Below are positions 14,301 to 26,979 of a stretch of DNA of 64,000 bases, piece by piece; position 1 is the first letter of the stretch; each line of letters opens with the position of its first letter. The notes under the pieces are model-generated. The model was not told the DNA's origin, searched no databases, and saw nothing but the letters and a program-made list of their open reading frames with translations. Both the position numbers and the translations under genes were made by a program. Source of the stretch: Scyliorhinus canicula (taxonomy: Eukaryota). The DNA lies in contig NC_052152.1 of the NCBI RefSeq assembly GCF_902713615.1, forward strand, positions 44,491,810-44,555,809, given 5' to 3'.

Positions 14301-16714
14301 ATTAGATATTTCACTTGGTCAGTTAGCACTTTGTTTAAAATGGCTAAGAATGAAAATTTGGTAGGAGCAATAGTGAGTATGAAAGAGGCAAAATAAGAAA
14401 AAATGTTAGGTGAACATTTTACACATTTATATCAACAAGCTAGAGTCATCAAGGTCTATCCATTTTTAAAAAAAATCTGACTCCATGGGATTCAGAATTG
14501 TTACATCACAGGATGATATGTCTTTTTATTACTGATGCAGCAGTTTAACCCAGACCTAACTGCAACATTTACTGTGAACTTTTTAATACACTAAATGGCA
14601 TGATCCTTTTGAAGAGTGGTAATGAAAAATTTTAAATGGTTCTAGCCTTTGAGGTTAGAAGCAGGAATGTGAAATTACATTGTGTGTGAAGTATTTCCAA
14701 TGATAAACTGGTGTGAATGCACACTTCATTGTAATTGTCTACTGACACATTGCAACAGTAAGGCATTATTGTTAAGCATTGATTTGTATATTGCTGTGTA
14801 CTGGTATAACCATATGAACTTAAAATGTACAGTATCATTTCTGGCTCGTAATAAACTCAATTAGAAATGCAAAGGTTAACTTTTGGGCAACTGTAAGGAC
14901 TAAATTGTCAGGATATTAAATTTTACACTTTGACAAATTTAGTTATTTGATTTTATTTAGTGTTTTTGTTTATTTCTGTTACTAAATATTCTGCCCTGTT
15001 TGGTGTTAGGTTTTCTAAGTACTTCATTCATTCATTCATTCATGAATGACATAGGTACACATTTGCAGGTCTTTTCAGTTGTGTCTTTTTTCATTGTGTA
15101 TTTAATCTTTTAACACATTAGTATAAATTTAACTGGAATCGATTAATTAAATCTCAATGATGAAGGGACCTTTAGTATACTACTGATGACTTCAGAAAAA
15201 TATTTTTTGTCAAATTTAGTTGGGAATTTTTGGGAGATTTTTGCCTTTAAAGGGCTTCAACATTTTGAATAATGGCTGAACCTAAAACAGCGTTTGGGTT
15301 CAGAATGAACATTGAAGTAATTGATTATCATTTTTCAAGGCATCAGAAGTAGGCAATTACTTTCAACATTTAAAATTTAGTGGTTATGACATGATCATTT
15401 CACTAACAATAGCAATGTGGTTGAGCAAAAACAGTACCATTAATTAAGTTAGTTGGACGACTAATTTGGGAAGGAAATTGAATGTGATGAAAGATTATAT
15501 ACTTCAAAGGATTTTATATCAACAGATGTAAAGATTTACTGCTCTTGATTAAGAATCTATAACCAAGCTTTTATCAATTTTTACCTACCTTTTCAGATTT
15601 TAGTTTACAGATTCCTATCTATATTTTCCTCTAGTCAATTAGCTAACTCTGCAGGTCGGGAATGAATCTGCCTCCCTAACATGGAATGCTGTTACGTGCT
15701 TTATTTAGAAAATTGGTTCACAAAATATGCATAAGTAGTTAAATCATCAGCCAACATATAGGTAGAAGTTTGAACTGGAACTACGAACCTGTATCGGGAG
15801 TTTCAACACAGGAGCCAGAAAAACAAACTGATCTAAATTAGCAGATGACAACTATAACTGAGCATAATTTTCCATTATTCCTAATCAAGATGTGACAACA
15901 GCATTCCTTGAATATAATTTTTTTTTAATTGATTTGGCTGATTGCACATATTTCTGATTTTACATGATGCTGCCTGGTTTTAAGATCATGTTAAATGGCT
16001 ACTAGTCTGGTCTGCTGTACATTGGATAAATATTTGAGCTTTATGGTTTTAATTTATTCCCCACCCTTTTAATTTAAGAAAAAATATCTATTCAAACAAG
16101 AGCCTATTTTTCTAATTTATTATGAAACCGGATACACAGCGATAGGTATTCATGATGAACTGCTCAGTTGTATTAGAAATGCAAATTTAACAATATTGCT
16201 TCTGTCTGCATTAAGGCACTGTTTGGTTCTTTACTTCCCTTTTCAAAATCAGTTCCATTGTATAGTGAATAATTGCAGATAAAGCTGTCTTCAATAACTG
16301 CCATGAAATAATTCCATTGCAGCTAGATTTTTTTTGTATTGTAATGTGGTCATTTTATCTAATATTTTGTATTCATTTTTGTAATGGCGTCTTGATTCAT
16401 TAAAAATCTGACTCAAATGTTATGGTAAACTTAGTTATTTTCTGCCTACCTTCGTGCAGTCCGTTCTTTTGAAGTTGGCAAATATTGAGCACTTTATTTT
16501 ATTTTTTTAAATAATTAATCTTAAAACAGATTAATCATAAGAAAAACATGTACCTTATGCCTTCAGGCAGTTGAATTCAAATTTGAAAATATAGTTGAAA
16601 TAGTACCAGAATTAATCTTTTTTTTACCAGAGCAGCACTGTTTACAACAATCCATCCGCAAAACCTTCAGCACATCCTCAATTGTTACACTTTTAGCACA
16701 GTGCCAACTTTAAA

Positions 16715-18380
16715 AAAATTATTTTGCAGGATGTTGGTATTGCTGGTTAGGCCAGCATTGATTGGCCATCCCTAATCATCAAGAATGTGGTGTTGAGGTG
16801 CCTTTTTGAACCGCTCCAGTTCATGTGGTGCAGGTGCACCCACAGTGCTGTTAGGAAGGTTGTTCCACAATTTTGCCCTAACAACAGTGAAGGAACAGCA
16901 ATATGGTTCTAATTCAGGATGGCACATGGCTTGGAGAGGAGCTTGCAGGTGGTCATCTTCCCATGCGTTTGCTGCCTTTGCCCTTCTAGATGGTAGAGTC
17001 ACAGGTTTTGAAGTTGCTGCCGAATGAGCCTCAGGTCTGCAGTGCATTTTATAGATCGCACACCCTGGGAGTGAATGTTGAAGGTGGTGGATAGGGTGCC
17101 AATCAAGTGGACTGCTTTGCCTTCAGTTGTGTTCAGCTTCTTGAAATGTTTTTGGAACTATACTCATCTGGACAAGTGGAGAGTATTCCATCACAGTCCT
17201 GACTACTGCCTTGTAGATGGTGGACAGGCTTTGGTGAGTGAGGATGTGAGATATTCACCAGAGATTTCCGACTTCTGACCTCTCGCAGCCACAGTATTTA
17301 TATGGATGGTCCAGTTCAGTTTCCAGTTGATGGTGACCCTTTCCTTCCAGCCCCCGGCAAGATGTTGGTTGCAAGGGGTGATAATGCCACTGAATGTCAT
17401 GGGGAGATGGTTAGATCACCTCTTGTTGGATATGGTCATTGTCTAGCACTTGTGTGGAGAAAATGTAACTTGCCACTTGTCAGTTCAAGCCTGGGTATTT
17501 TCCAGGTCTTGCAGCATTTGGGCAGTGACTGCTTCAGTATCTGAGGAGTCGTGAATGGTTCTGAACATTGTGCAATCATCAGTGAACATCCCCACTCCTG
17601 ACCTTGTATAGAAGGAAGGTCTTTGGTCAAGCAAGTGAAGATGATTGGGTTTAGGACACTACCCTGAAGACGTCCTGAGACTGAGACGATTGACCTCCAA
17701 CAGCCACAATCATCTTCCTTTGTGCTAGGTATGACTCCAACCAGTGGAGAGTTTTCCCCCTCTTTCCCATTGACTCCAGTTTTGCAAGGGCTCCTTGATG
17801 CTATACTTGGTCTAATGCTGCCTTGATGCCAAGGGTGATCACTCTCACCTCACCACTTGAGGACCTCAACTCACTTGTCCATGTTTGGAGCAAGGCTCTG
17901 ATGAGGTCAGAAGCTGAGTGGCCCTGCCAGAACCCAAACTGAGCATCAGTGAGCAGGTTATAGCTGAGTAAATATTGTTAACAGCTTTGCCAATAACCGC
18001 TTCCTTTACTTTGCTGATGATCACGAGTAGACAGTAAGTGCAGTAATTGGTCAGGTTGGATTTTTCTTTTTTTTGAGGACAAGTCCTAAAAGTAAATTTT
18101 CCACATTGCCAAGTAGATGTCAGTGTTGTGGCTGTACTGGAACTGCTTGATTAGGGGCACAGCTATTTCCAGAGTACAAATCTTCATTAGTACTATTGCT
18201 GGAATATTGTCAGAGCCCGTAGTCTGCAATATCCAGTGCCTTCAGTCATTTCTTGATATCATGCGGAGGAAACTAAATTAGCTGAAAGCTGGCATTTGTG
18301 AACCTGGGAACCTCAGAAGGAGCAGAGATCAGTAATCAATCATCTGGCTGAAGATTGTTGCAAATTCAGGCTCATCTTTG
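16715..18380 (-). mobile_element. CR1/L2-group LINE, 3' portion (RT and 3'UTR), decayed
   Basis: Frameshifted RT remnants around the FADDC motif (ORF 17436-17630 region). The 3' end agggatggccaatcaatgctgg matches the copies at 34595, 57060 and 60960. Confidence 0.8.
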
Positions 18381-18404
18381 GCACTAATGTGCTGCCCCCC
18401 ATCA

Positions 18405-18810
18405 TTGAGAATCACGACCAATAGATGTCCCAAAGTGCTTTACAGCCAGTGAACTACTTTTTGAAGTGCAGTCACTGCTGTAATGTCGGAAACATGGCAT
18501 CCAACTTGCACACAGCAAACCCCACAAGCAACAATGTGATAATAACCAGATAATGTTTTTTGTCATGTTGATTGAGGGATAAATATTGGCCAGGGCACCA
18601 AGAATAACATCCCTGCTCTTCTTCAAAATAGTGTCATATAATCTTTTACATCCGGATGAGGAAGCAGAAAGGATCTCAGTCTGCTGCACATCTGACAGTG
18701 CAGCACTACCTCAGTACGGCACTGGAGTATCAGCCATGATTTTTGTGCCCAGGCCCTAGAGTGGGACTTGAACCCAGAACCTTATGACTCTCGATGAGAG
18801 TGCCAGCAAA
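18405..18810 (-). mobile_element. Deu-domain SINE (SacSINE1/AmnSINE1-like)
   Basis: tRNA-like head (gggttcaagtcccact) followed by the Deu core actattttgaagaagagcaggg...ggccaatatttatccctcaa...cacttcaaaaagtagttcactggctgtaaagcactttggga. Confidence 0.75.
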
Positions 18811-19399
18811 TGAGCCACATCTGACACATATCCACCTTCTTCCTATCCCACTTCTCCACAGCATGTGAAAATGTTAAAAATATTATGAGTAAAAGAAGTT
18901 CCAAAGGTTTTTGTGACCTTTCCTTAGGCCATTTGTCTATAATTTTAAGCAGCAAGCCATCATGTTCAATAAACACAAAACTGCACAGGGAGCATATGTA
19001 AATTATTAAAATTAGCTGACCCCATTAAATCTGGTGAGCTCCCTTTCCAGAATGTGTTTGCATGGACAATCTTGCGGTCATTTCTACCACTGAGCAGCTT
19101 CATTCTTCTGAAGTTATTTTCCAAAGAGTAAGTGTGCTTAAAAGTCATTCTGCTATTGCATCTTTGATTCAGTGCAATAGGTTAAGTTGCACTGCAATAA
19201 ATTATGATGCAAATTCCATAAAGGGAAATTATTGATGTCCTCATAAATGTATCCCTTTTCCACCATTCAAAAGATATTTTGGTTGACAATTGTAGAAGAG
19301 AACTAGAAACAATTTATTGGCTTAACTTCACAAGTATTTATTTCATGTTGTGCAATTGATAAATATGTAGCAAAGTAACCAAAAAACATGAAATCGTAC

Positions 19400-22300
19400 T
19401 AGATTCCAACAAATAGTCTGGCACTTGACCTTGTATCCCAGGGAGGCAGGCTGCTTGTGGTGCTCACAGCTTGTCTTTCCACCAAGACTATCCCAACTAA
19501 AACATACATGAGTTGAGCCTGCTACATTGATCTGGGCAGATCTAGAGTGGTGGGCCTAAATTAAAACACATTTTCAAGTCCTTTAACACCGGAACAGGCA
19601 GATGAATGAGTCTTGTGTGCACATCAATGGGTGTGGAGGTGGATGAAGACTACAGTGTGATTTGACACTCTCCAGACATCATGGTTTGCCATGCCATTTG
19701 GTAAAGGTTGCTAACCCATCAAGATTGTGCAGTTGTCACCTGCACACTGACTACCTCGTTGAAATATGTCATGTACAGTCCTCTGCCAGGAACACCAGAA
19801 ACCGCTTTGACGACAGGCAAGTGGCATCGGAAACATGGCTGTGAACTGTAGAACTTTAATTGCAAACCTGTATATCAGCAGTGGTTTCAAAATGTACCTC
19901 AAACATTGGCTTTCCCAAATTGTCCTGATTAGAAAATTGTACTCCGTGGAACCACTACCCTTGCAGTTGAGAGCGCACGAGTAAAAAATGCAAGAATTTC
20001 AGTACCCGGAATGTTGCTTTACAGACGAACAAAATAGCAAATGCCCTGAAAGGAAAGCCACTATAGATTCTCAGGAACTTGCAAAATATATCTACTGTTT
20101 CTGCTCTCAGTGAATCCTGACACCCAGCACAAGACCAGTTTAGAGAGGAAAGAGATGGGTACACTTTTTTTTCTGGAAGAAAAAACCAGAGAAGGATCAT
20201 CTTACCCACTGAGTTGGGTTCACCATCAAAAATAGAATCACAGATATATTCACAGAACATCCAACTGGAAGTGATGAACAGTTCATGACTCTATTGCTTT
20301 GACTTAATGGCTATCAACAGACCACAATCATAAGTGTCACTTTCAATTCCACTGACTAAACAAAATAACTCTTATGCAGATCTGTTCACGCAAGACAAAT
20401 TGATTCAACTGAGATTTTAATGCCAGAGTTGGAGTAACAGTACTGTCTGGATGGACACTATCTGGAAAAGAAGGGTGTGGACATCAAATGCAAAGATCTT
20501 CTCACCAAATGCACTGACCATAGCTCACCATCACAAACACACTCATCAGAAAGGTAAATAAAACACAATGTGGAAACATCCCCAATCCAAAAGCTCCTAG
20601 ACTATGTCATTGTCCATGGCCAGTGTAGGAAGGATAATGCAAATGTTTGCTGGACAGACCAAATACTTGTATCCTTTACCTTGAGCACAAACATGACACC
20701 CAAAAACTGAAGCTCCTCCAAGAAATTCAGTAGAAGATTTAACATCTTTCTCTGGGATATAAAAGCAACAGTTCCATCTGCATCTTTCTGCTCATCTCGC
20801 TCTCACAAACTCAAATGATGCCAGTGTGCAAGGGCTTTGGGGCAAGATCAGATCTGCAATCCAAGAGACATACACCCAGATCCTCAGATTGTAACCTCTC
20901 ATGCAATCAAGAATGGTGTGATGAGAAGAATTCTCGGTCAGAAATGGCAAGTCTTCAATACATGTCAAAATCTCTACTTCACCGCGGAAATGAAAAGAAT
21001 GCTTGCTACTCAAATCCAAAGTGCAGAAAATGATCTGCATCATTGCGACGTATGCGACGGGTAAAAGCCAGTGAAATCAAACACCACGCAGGCCAGCGTA
21101 GAGTCCCACTCCCTCCAAGTTGAAGATGGCAATGCCATTGTGACCTCCAATTTCTAGATTATAGAATAATGTTTGAACGCCCAACCCACAAAATACAAAG
21201 TTGTTTTATTTATCCAAATACTGTATCTTCCATGTTTTCAAAGCATTGCACTGTAGTAAAATGCCAATTGGCAAAGTCGCACTTTATGCTATAATAGGGG
21301 AGGCTAAGAATATGAAGATAGATTGGAGCTCAATCACAGAAGGTATCCTTCCCGCAAATACTCACCTACCAGGGTCCACACACTAAGCAGTCATTAAACA
21401 CTTATGACCATCATGGCCTCAGAAAGTTGTATCTCTGTCGGATGGTGTTGGGGAATATCCCCAACTACTCTGAAGAACGGCTTCCTGCTTATCACAGAAA
21501 ATAGTTTTGCCTCTACCACTTAAGATCGCCACTGTTTTGATTTCTTGACAACTAAATTCTGCCCAGGAAAGGAAATTACCTTTGCCATGTTAGACAGGTA
21601 GCTGCTCATTCCATGAAGAAGATCACTACTCTTTCCTTTCCAGGGGGACTTCACAATTCATAATCTTCCCAATTGAACCATATAAATAAAAATAAAACCC
21701 ACCAAACACCAAGGTTTTAACCTTACCTTCCTAGCGGAATCTGGGAGAGTAGACAGGTAAATGCCCCTTAACATCGGAACCCAGAGCAGGAAAATATAAG
21801 GTCACAGTTGCAGTGTCTCCAGTGATGCATCTGAGAGTTATGGTGCTTTTAAATTTGGGAAGCTGGTGTTTCTGGACTGGAGAGGTTACAGTGGACTCCT
21901 TTCTCAAAGATGATGCAGCCATCCAAGATAGTTTCAAGGAGCACTACCAGAAACACATCAATTGGGAGTCAAAAGTAGTGGACAATATCACCAACACACT
22001 CAACAGCGCAGGAGATCAAGTTTGGGTTTGCTGCTAACACTTAATGAGATACAGAAGGCTATCCAACAGATGAACAACAAGGCATGTGGTCCTGGCAACA
22101 TTCTTGGAGAGAGCTATGAGGCTGGTGGTCTAGTTTAAACTCTCGAAATTATTCGCAAAAGTTTGGGAAGAAGATACACTACATCACGACTTCTGCAATG
22201 CCATAATTATTTTATTCTTCAAGCAGAATGATTAAAACATTTGTGAAAACCTTTGAGGTTTATCCCTCTGTCCATTGTGGAAGATTCTAATGTGAATTCT

Positions 22301-24330
22301 CCTGACCCACCTCCTACCATTAGCAAAGATTTTCTTCCAGAGACCAAGTGTGGTTTCCAGCCATCCATGGGTATCATCGTTCTTCGACAAAGCCAAGAAA
22401 ATTGTCTGAAATGCCAGAGTGTCTACAAGGCCTTTATTAATTGGCCTTTGACTCCATTACCTGTGAAGTGATTTGGAGAGTTAAATAGAATCATAGACTC
22501 CTCCAGAGACGTGAATTTCCAGCAAAGTTTCTGACTATCTTGAGTCTCCTGAATGACAGTATGACAGCAAACATGTTTTGCAATGGATTAGGGACTGAGC
22601 CCCTTCATAGTGGGATGGGCAGAAAGCAAGGCTCTGTGATTGTGCCAACATTCAGACAACCCTCAGCCTTGTAATTGAAAATATGGAAAGATGTGTCATT
22701 TGAAACATGGAAGTCTGGCAATATCTGGTCTGAGGGAAACATGAGAGGATACAGGGAAAGATCCCACGAAGGGTTAATAGCAGCTGCAAAGAACAGGATT
22801 ATAAAATGCAGATTCCTTCTCCCAAAAAAGCAAACACAGGATTTTTGTATGAAGCTAAAAACAATTGGCTCACACTTTCATTGAAAGTAACTATCTTAGT
22901 AAGCATCTGGAAAAGCATGGATGAGAGTTTCAGTTGAGCTAAGTGATAAATGTAAACCTTTCAAGTTATAACCAAGTGATTTTTTAGCATACAGCTAAAA
23001 GCAATGTTTCACACCTTCATTGAAATTAACTATCTTAGTAAGCAGCTGGAAAGGGAAGGATAAGGTTCAGTTGAATTTGGTGACAATTCTAGGTGTGAGG
23101 TTCTGCCAATATCAGGTAAGAGACTATCAGTCTACGAGAAACATAATTTAAAGTCAAAATCAAAGTCAAAATTATGAGCTGAGAACACAATTGAAAAATA
23201 AAACTATAGAAATGACAGGAATTAAAAGTAACACCTCTTGAAACCAAAGCATCTTTGAATATCACAAAGGAACTTTGAACATCACAAAGGAAACCATGTA
23301 ATCAGAGACCTGAGAGGTGAGGTCATGTCAAAATGAATACTTAGTTGTATTAGAATGTTTATATCAAAGATACTTTTTACATTCAAAATGAAATAATAGT
23401 TACTTTACAATAAAGTCATAAAAACTTCATAACTGTTAGAAAGAGAATATAAACCCAGAGACCAGAGCAGGAAGAACCAGAACTCGGAGAGAAGTAACAA
23501 GAGAAGCAAGCAGATTCAGCTTGCAGCCAGCTCGGTCATGGGAAAGATAAGACATAGCAGCCGAGCTAAAACAGCTAATACATCTAAGGAAGACTAGAAT
23601 TTAAAGAGGAGGCAAAGTCAGCTCAGAGATAGCCAGCTCTCATAGCTCAGTACATGGGATCGACAAGACATAGCAACCGAGCTAACCAGCGAATACGTCT
23701 AAAGAAGACCAGACTTTAAAGAAGATTGATTGTCAAGTTGGGCCTGAAGGTCCTTTCAACCAACCAGAAGGATCCAGAAGCAAGATCTTTTTACCTTTCT
23801 GTAAAGAAAGTGATTGCAGCTTTTAAAAGAAAAAACATAATAAAATAACTTAATTTAACTTGAAACAGTGGTTATTCCTAAGTCTACTTTACTTAGCAAT
23901 GCGGGACCCAGGATCGATGTACTAAGTGGTAAGTAGATGAAATCTTCAGTGAAGGTATGGGTTATATCGGGGGATAACTTGAAAATATAGTTTGACCTGA
24001 ATAGCACCCACTGAAGCCTGCATCGGAGTCAGGGAGTGAGAATCCCTGTTCACCATTTAGAATTTTGGCCCTTTTTAGTATAGGGGGAATTCTAAGAATA
24101 GTGGTGAGTTTTCAACAATAGCCTCCAGCTCCCAATATAAAAGGTTTGCTTTCTCAATCAACAAAACCAAAATCCTCCACTGGCCGTCCACCAGACAAGC
24201 ACCTATTGTTATTGATGGGGTGACTTTATAAGTTGTTAATCATTTCCCATATCTCAGCAGCTACCTTTTTATCAAAAGTTCACCATCTCAAGAGCATATT
24301 ATTTAAGTCTTGCCTGTTTCAGAATTTATG
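19400..24330 (+). mobile_element. RTE-clade LINE, decayed, interrupted by an LTR-like insert
   Basis: Endonuclease remnants (ELAKY...FFWKKKPEKDH..VGFTIKN at about 20070-20250). RT remnants (LPETKCGFQPS...KAFI at 22330-22450; NKTKIL...VVNHFPYL at 24150-24260). Confidence 0.75.
22847..24119 (+). mobile_element. LTR-like insertion with internal direct repeats
   Basis: Splits the RTE. It has TG...CA ends, a TATA-like motif (23447), AATAAA (about 23840) and internal duplications (22866/23005, 23253/23273, 23535/23650). No clear TSD. Confidence 0.4.
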
Positions 24331-25204
24331 CTATTCAGTGGAAATACATCAATTTACATTACACATTCTGTATACAATGCTTTCGTAGCTCACAGTCAAT
24401 TTACCAAAAAGCATTTTGATATTCTAACTGTTCTAAAATTTGCATTGATTTTGAAGTTATGTCAACTAATTGGAACAGCTGTTGAGCTTCACTAAAAAGG
24501 ATTTCCAGATAATACTCCTTGGGAATAAAAAATCAAAGAACTATTAATATTCAAATCAACATTGTTAGCTACCCTTTTTTAATACAGGATGGTTGACAGG
24601 CATTACAGACAAAACATCTTAAATACATAAAACTGTAAAATTAACAATGACTAAAAATTATTTTAAACAACTGAAAAATGACGCAGAAAATTAATCATAT
24701 CTCACTCAGTTAGGCCCACATTCAAAATAAGTTAACAAATAGCATCCTGGAGTCCCTGTTCAAACTAACAATCAGATGGGGCGTTACATTTCCTAAGAAT
24801 TAACATTTTATGTTAATTTCACCATTTGTAGATGTTCAGGTTGCCCATTCATTTCCAAACAATAAATGAATCATTCTGCCTTTCTCGATCTGCCTGTGTG
24901 TTAATTTAGTTATGAATAAATCTTTGATTTGTTCATGGATATGGCTTTTCAAAGCTCTTTTTACTGAGTATTGAAAATATAATGCTAAGATTATGGTTGA
25001 CGTGATCTGATTGCTGCAATTATTCATAAACAAAGGAAGCTGCTTTTAAAAACAACCAGGAACTTTCAGAATGGAAAACAGAGCATTAAAGTAATTAGTG
25101 GTAGCTGTAGTTGAGTCATCTACTCATTATGAAAATGTTGCCCTGAAGCAAAAACTGAACCTTAATTAGTAAATTAATTTTAAATCTTGATGCGACCATA
25201 ATAA

Positions 25205-25760
25205 TCGTTGAATTTTAAAGCACAGAAACATGCCGTCCAACCCATCATGTCGATACCGACTGAAAAAGACCTATCTGACCTAATCACACTTTCCACTTCT
25301 TGGTCTGTAGCCTGTAAGCCACAGCACCTCAAGTGCAAAGTGAAGTATTATTTAAATGCAATCTGGACTTCTGCCTCGACCACCCTTTCAGGCAGTGAGT
25401 TCCAGAGTCTCACTCCCTCTTGCTGAAAAACAATTTACTTCACCCTACTCTCTTCCCTCCACCTATAATAAATCTATGCCCTTGGTTATAGACCTATCTG
25501 CCGAGGGAAATAAGTCTTTCCCACTCTCTTTATTTAGGACCCTTATAATACACCTCAATTAAATCTCCCCTTAGCTTCCTCTGTTCCGAAGAAAACTGAA
25601 AGAGCTATCCAATTAGTCCCACTTCCCCGCTCTTTCCTCATAGCCTTACAAACTTTCCTTTTCAAGTAAATTTCTTTTGAAAGTCACTATTGAATATGTT
25701 CCATTGCCCTTTCAGGCAGTGTATTTCAGGTCCTCATAACTTGTGCATTAAAAGAAATGA
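25205..25760 (-). mobile_element. CR1 LINE 3' end remnants (probably two)
   Basis: Reverse complement of a CR1 tail (aaagcacagaaacatgccgtccaacccatcatgtc...) with RT C-terminal remnants. Confidence 0.7.
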
Positions 25761-25865
25761 CGCGTACATGAGCTCAGTAGCCATTGCATTTCTTGTATTG
25801 AATACATGGGCAACAACTAGAACATTTGGCCAAAGATCCCATGAGTAGCAGAAAATACTGATACA

Positions 25866-25916
25866 ATAAAGACACACAACTCTGAAAAGCACTTGGGTGA
25901 TTTGAAAAGTTTTATT
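25866..25916 (-). terminator. Likely CD247 polyadenylation signal with GU-rich downstream element
   Basis: AATAAA (minus, 25916-25911) is followed about 30-45 nt later by gttgtgtgtctttat. Other minus-strand AATAAA at 26644, 26121 and 26084 lack such a clear element. Confidence 0.55.
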
Positions 25917-26979
25917 CTTTTTCTTGCATTTTTGAATATTCCTGATAATTTCTCAACTATTTTTAAATAAATATGTATTCATTAAAAATGCGTTGTCTAT
26001 ATCTTTGTTACTTTGTTAGCCAAGTTCAAAGCCAAGGTGTTGAAACAATGGATGGAATTAGAACTAATGCTTAAAGCTTTTATTGTGGCTAAATACTTAT
26101 TAGGAACTCTAAATATTTATTTTTTAAATTCTCAATGCTGAAGTCATTTACTTAACACTATATTGTATTTAGCCAACTTAAAGTTTTGAGGACTTTGGAT
26201 AAATTATGCTTTGCCTACCAACCCAAGTGCTTTACTTTGTCACAAGAAAAGTGAGCCTAAAATGTGCAAGGTAACATCTAAAAACCTATTCTCAGACAAT
26301 TTCACTGAAAGATATACAATCTCACTGAAGTAAATGAATTCAATTACTAGCTAGAAAAATGTTTACAATTGAAAAAATCTTGTTTCTATGCATTTATAAT
26401 ATTTACATTGTTCTTTATCTGTATAATTGTTTTCATACTCGACCATTCCAAAAATGTCTGTTCAGATTCGGATTCAATTGATTTTTCATAAAGGGATTGA
26501 AATCCCTAATTCTGCTTTGATGTCATCTCTTTACTTTTTACACTGTTAGAAACTGTTTATCTTGTAAAACACCTGTTTACATTTAGATATATTTGTTTCT
26601 TATATTTTAATATTTTCAGTTCCAGTATAGCATAGCATTTTATTATGACCGCCTATGCAAAAATGCAACAAAAAATGTAACTTCCAAACATTCGTGTAGG
26701 CTTAGCCTATCTTTTCCACGTTACCTGAAAAGCTTCAACCAACACAATATGACCCACAGAGGCAAGTCAGCTTGCAGGTGCTGGCACAGTTATTGTAAAG
26801 TACTTTTACAATATATTTTTTTAAGATAATGTAAAAAAAAAAATTTTAAATAGGTTTTGTTGGTAAATAATATTGTTGGGAACAATTTCCAGATTAGCAA
26901 TAACGTTCTGCTGGTCGAATTGAGTTAATCTGAAAGGCTTTCCACTCTTGGTTGTCCTTGCAATAACAATCTCAGAATC
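25890..26979 (-). other. CD247: CD247 3'UTR (about 1.1 kb; end inferred)
   Basis: Follows the stop codon, is free of transposons and carries several ATTTA motifs. The end is inferred from AATAAA at 25916-25911. Confidence 0.6.

Noticed and set aside
1-16700. MALAT1/NEAT1-like single-exon lncRNA, or a miRNA/snoRNA host gene
   Set aside because: I found no U-rich/A-rich triple-helix motif set with a tRNA-like tail, no recognisable mature miRNA and no convincing C/D box pair with a terminal stem.
19150-19196. miR-301-like CAGTGCAATAG within alternative short hairpins
   Set aside because: The match is only 11 nt and the stems are 8 bp, far too short for a pre-miRNA.
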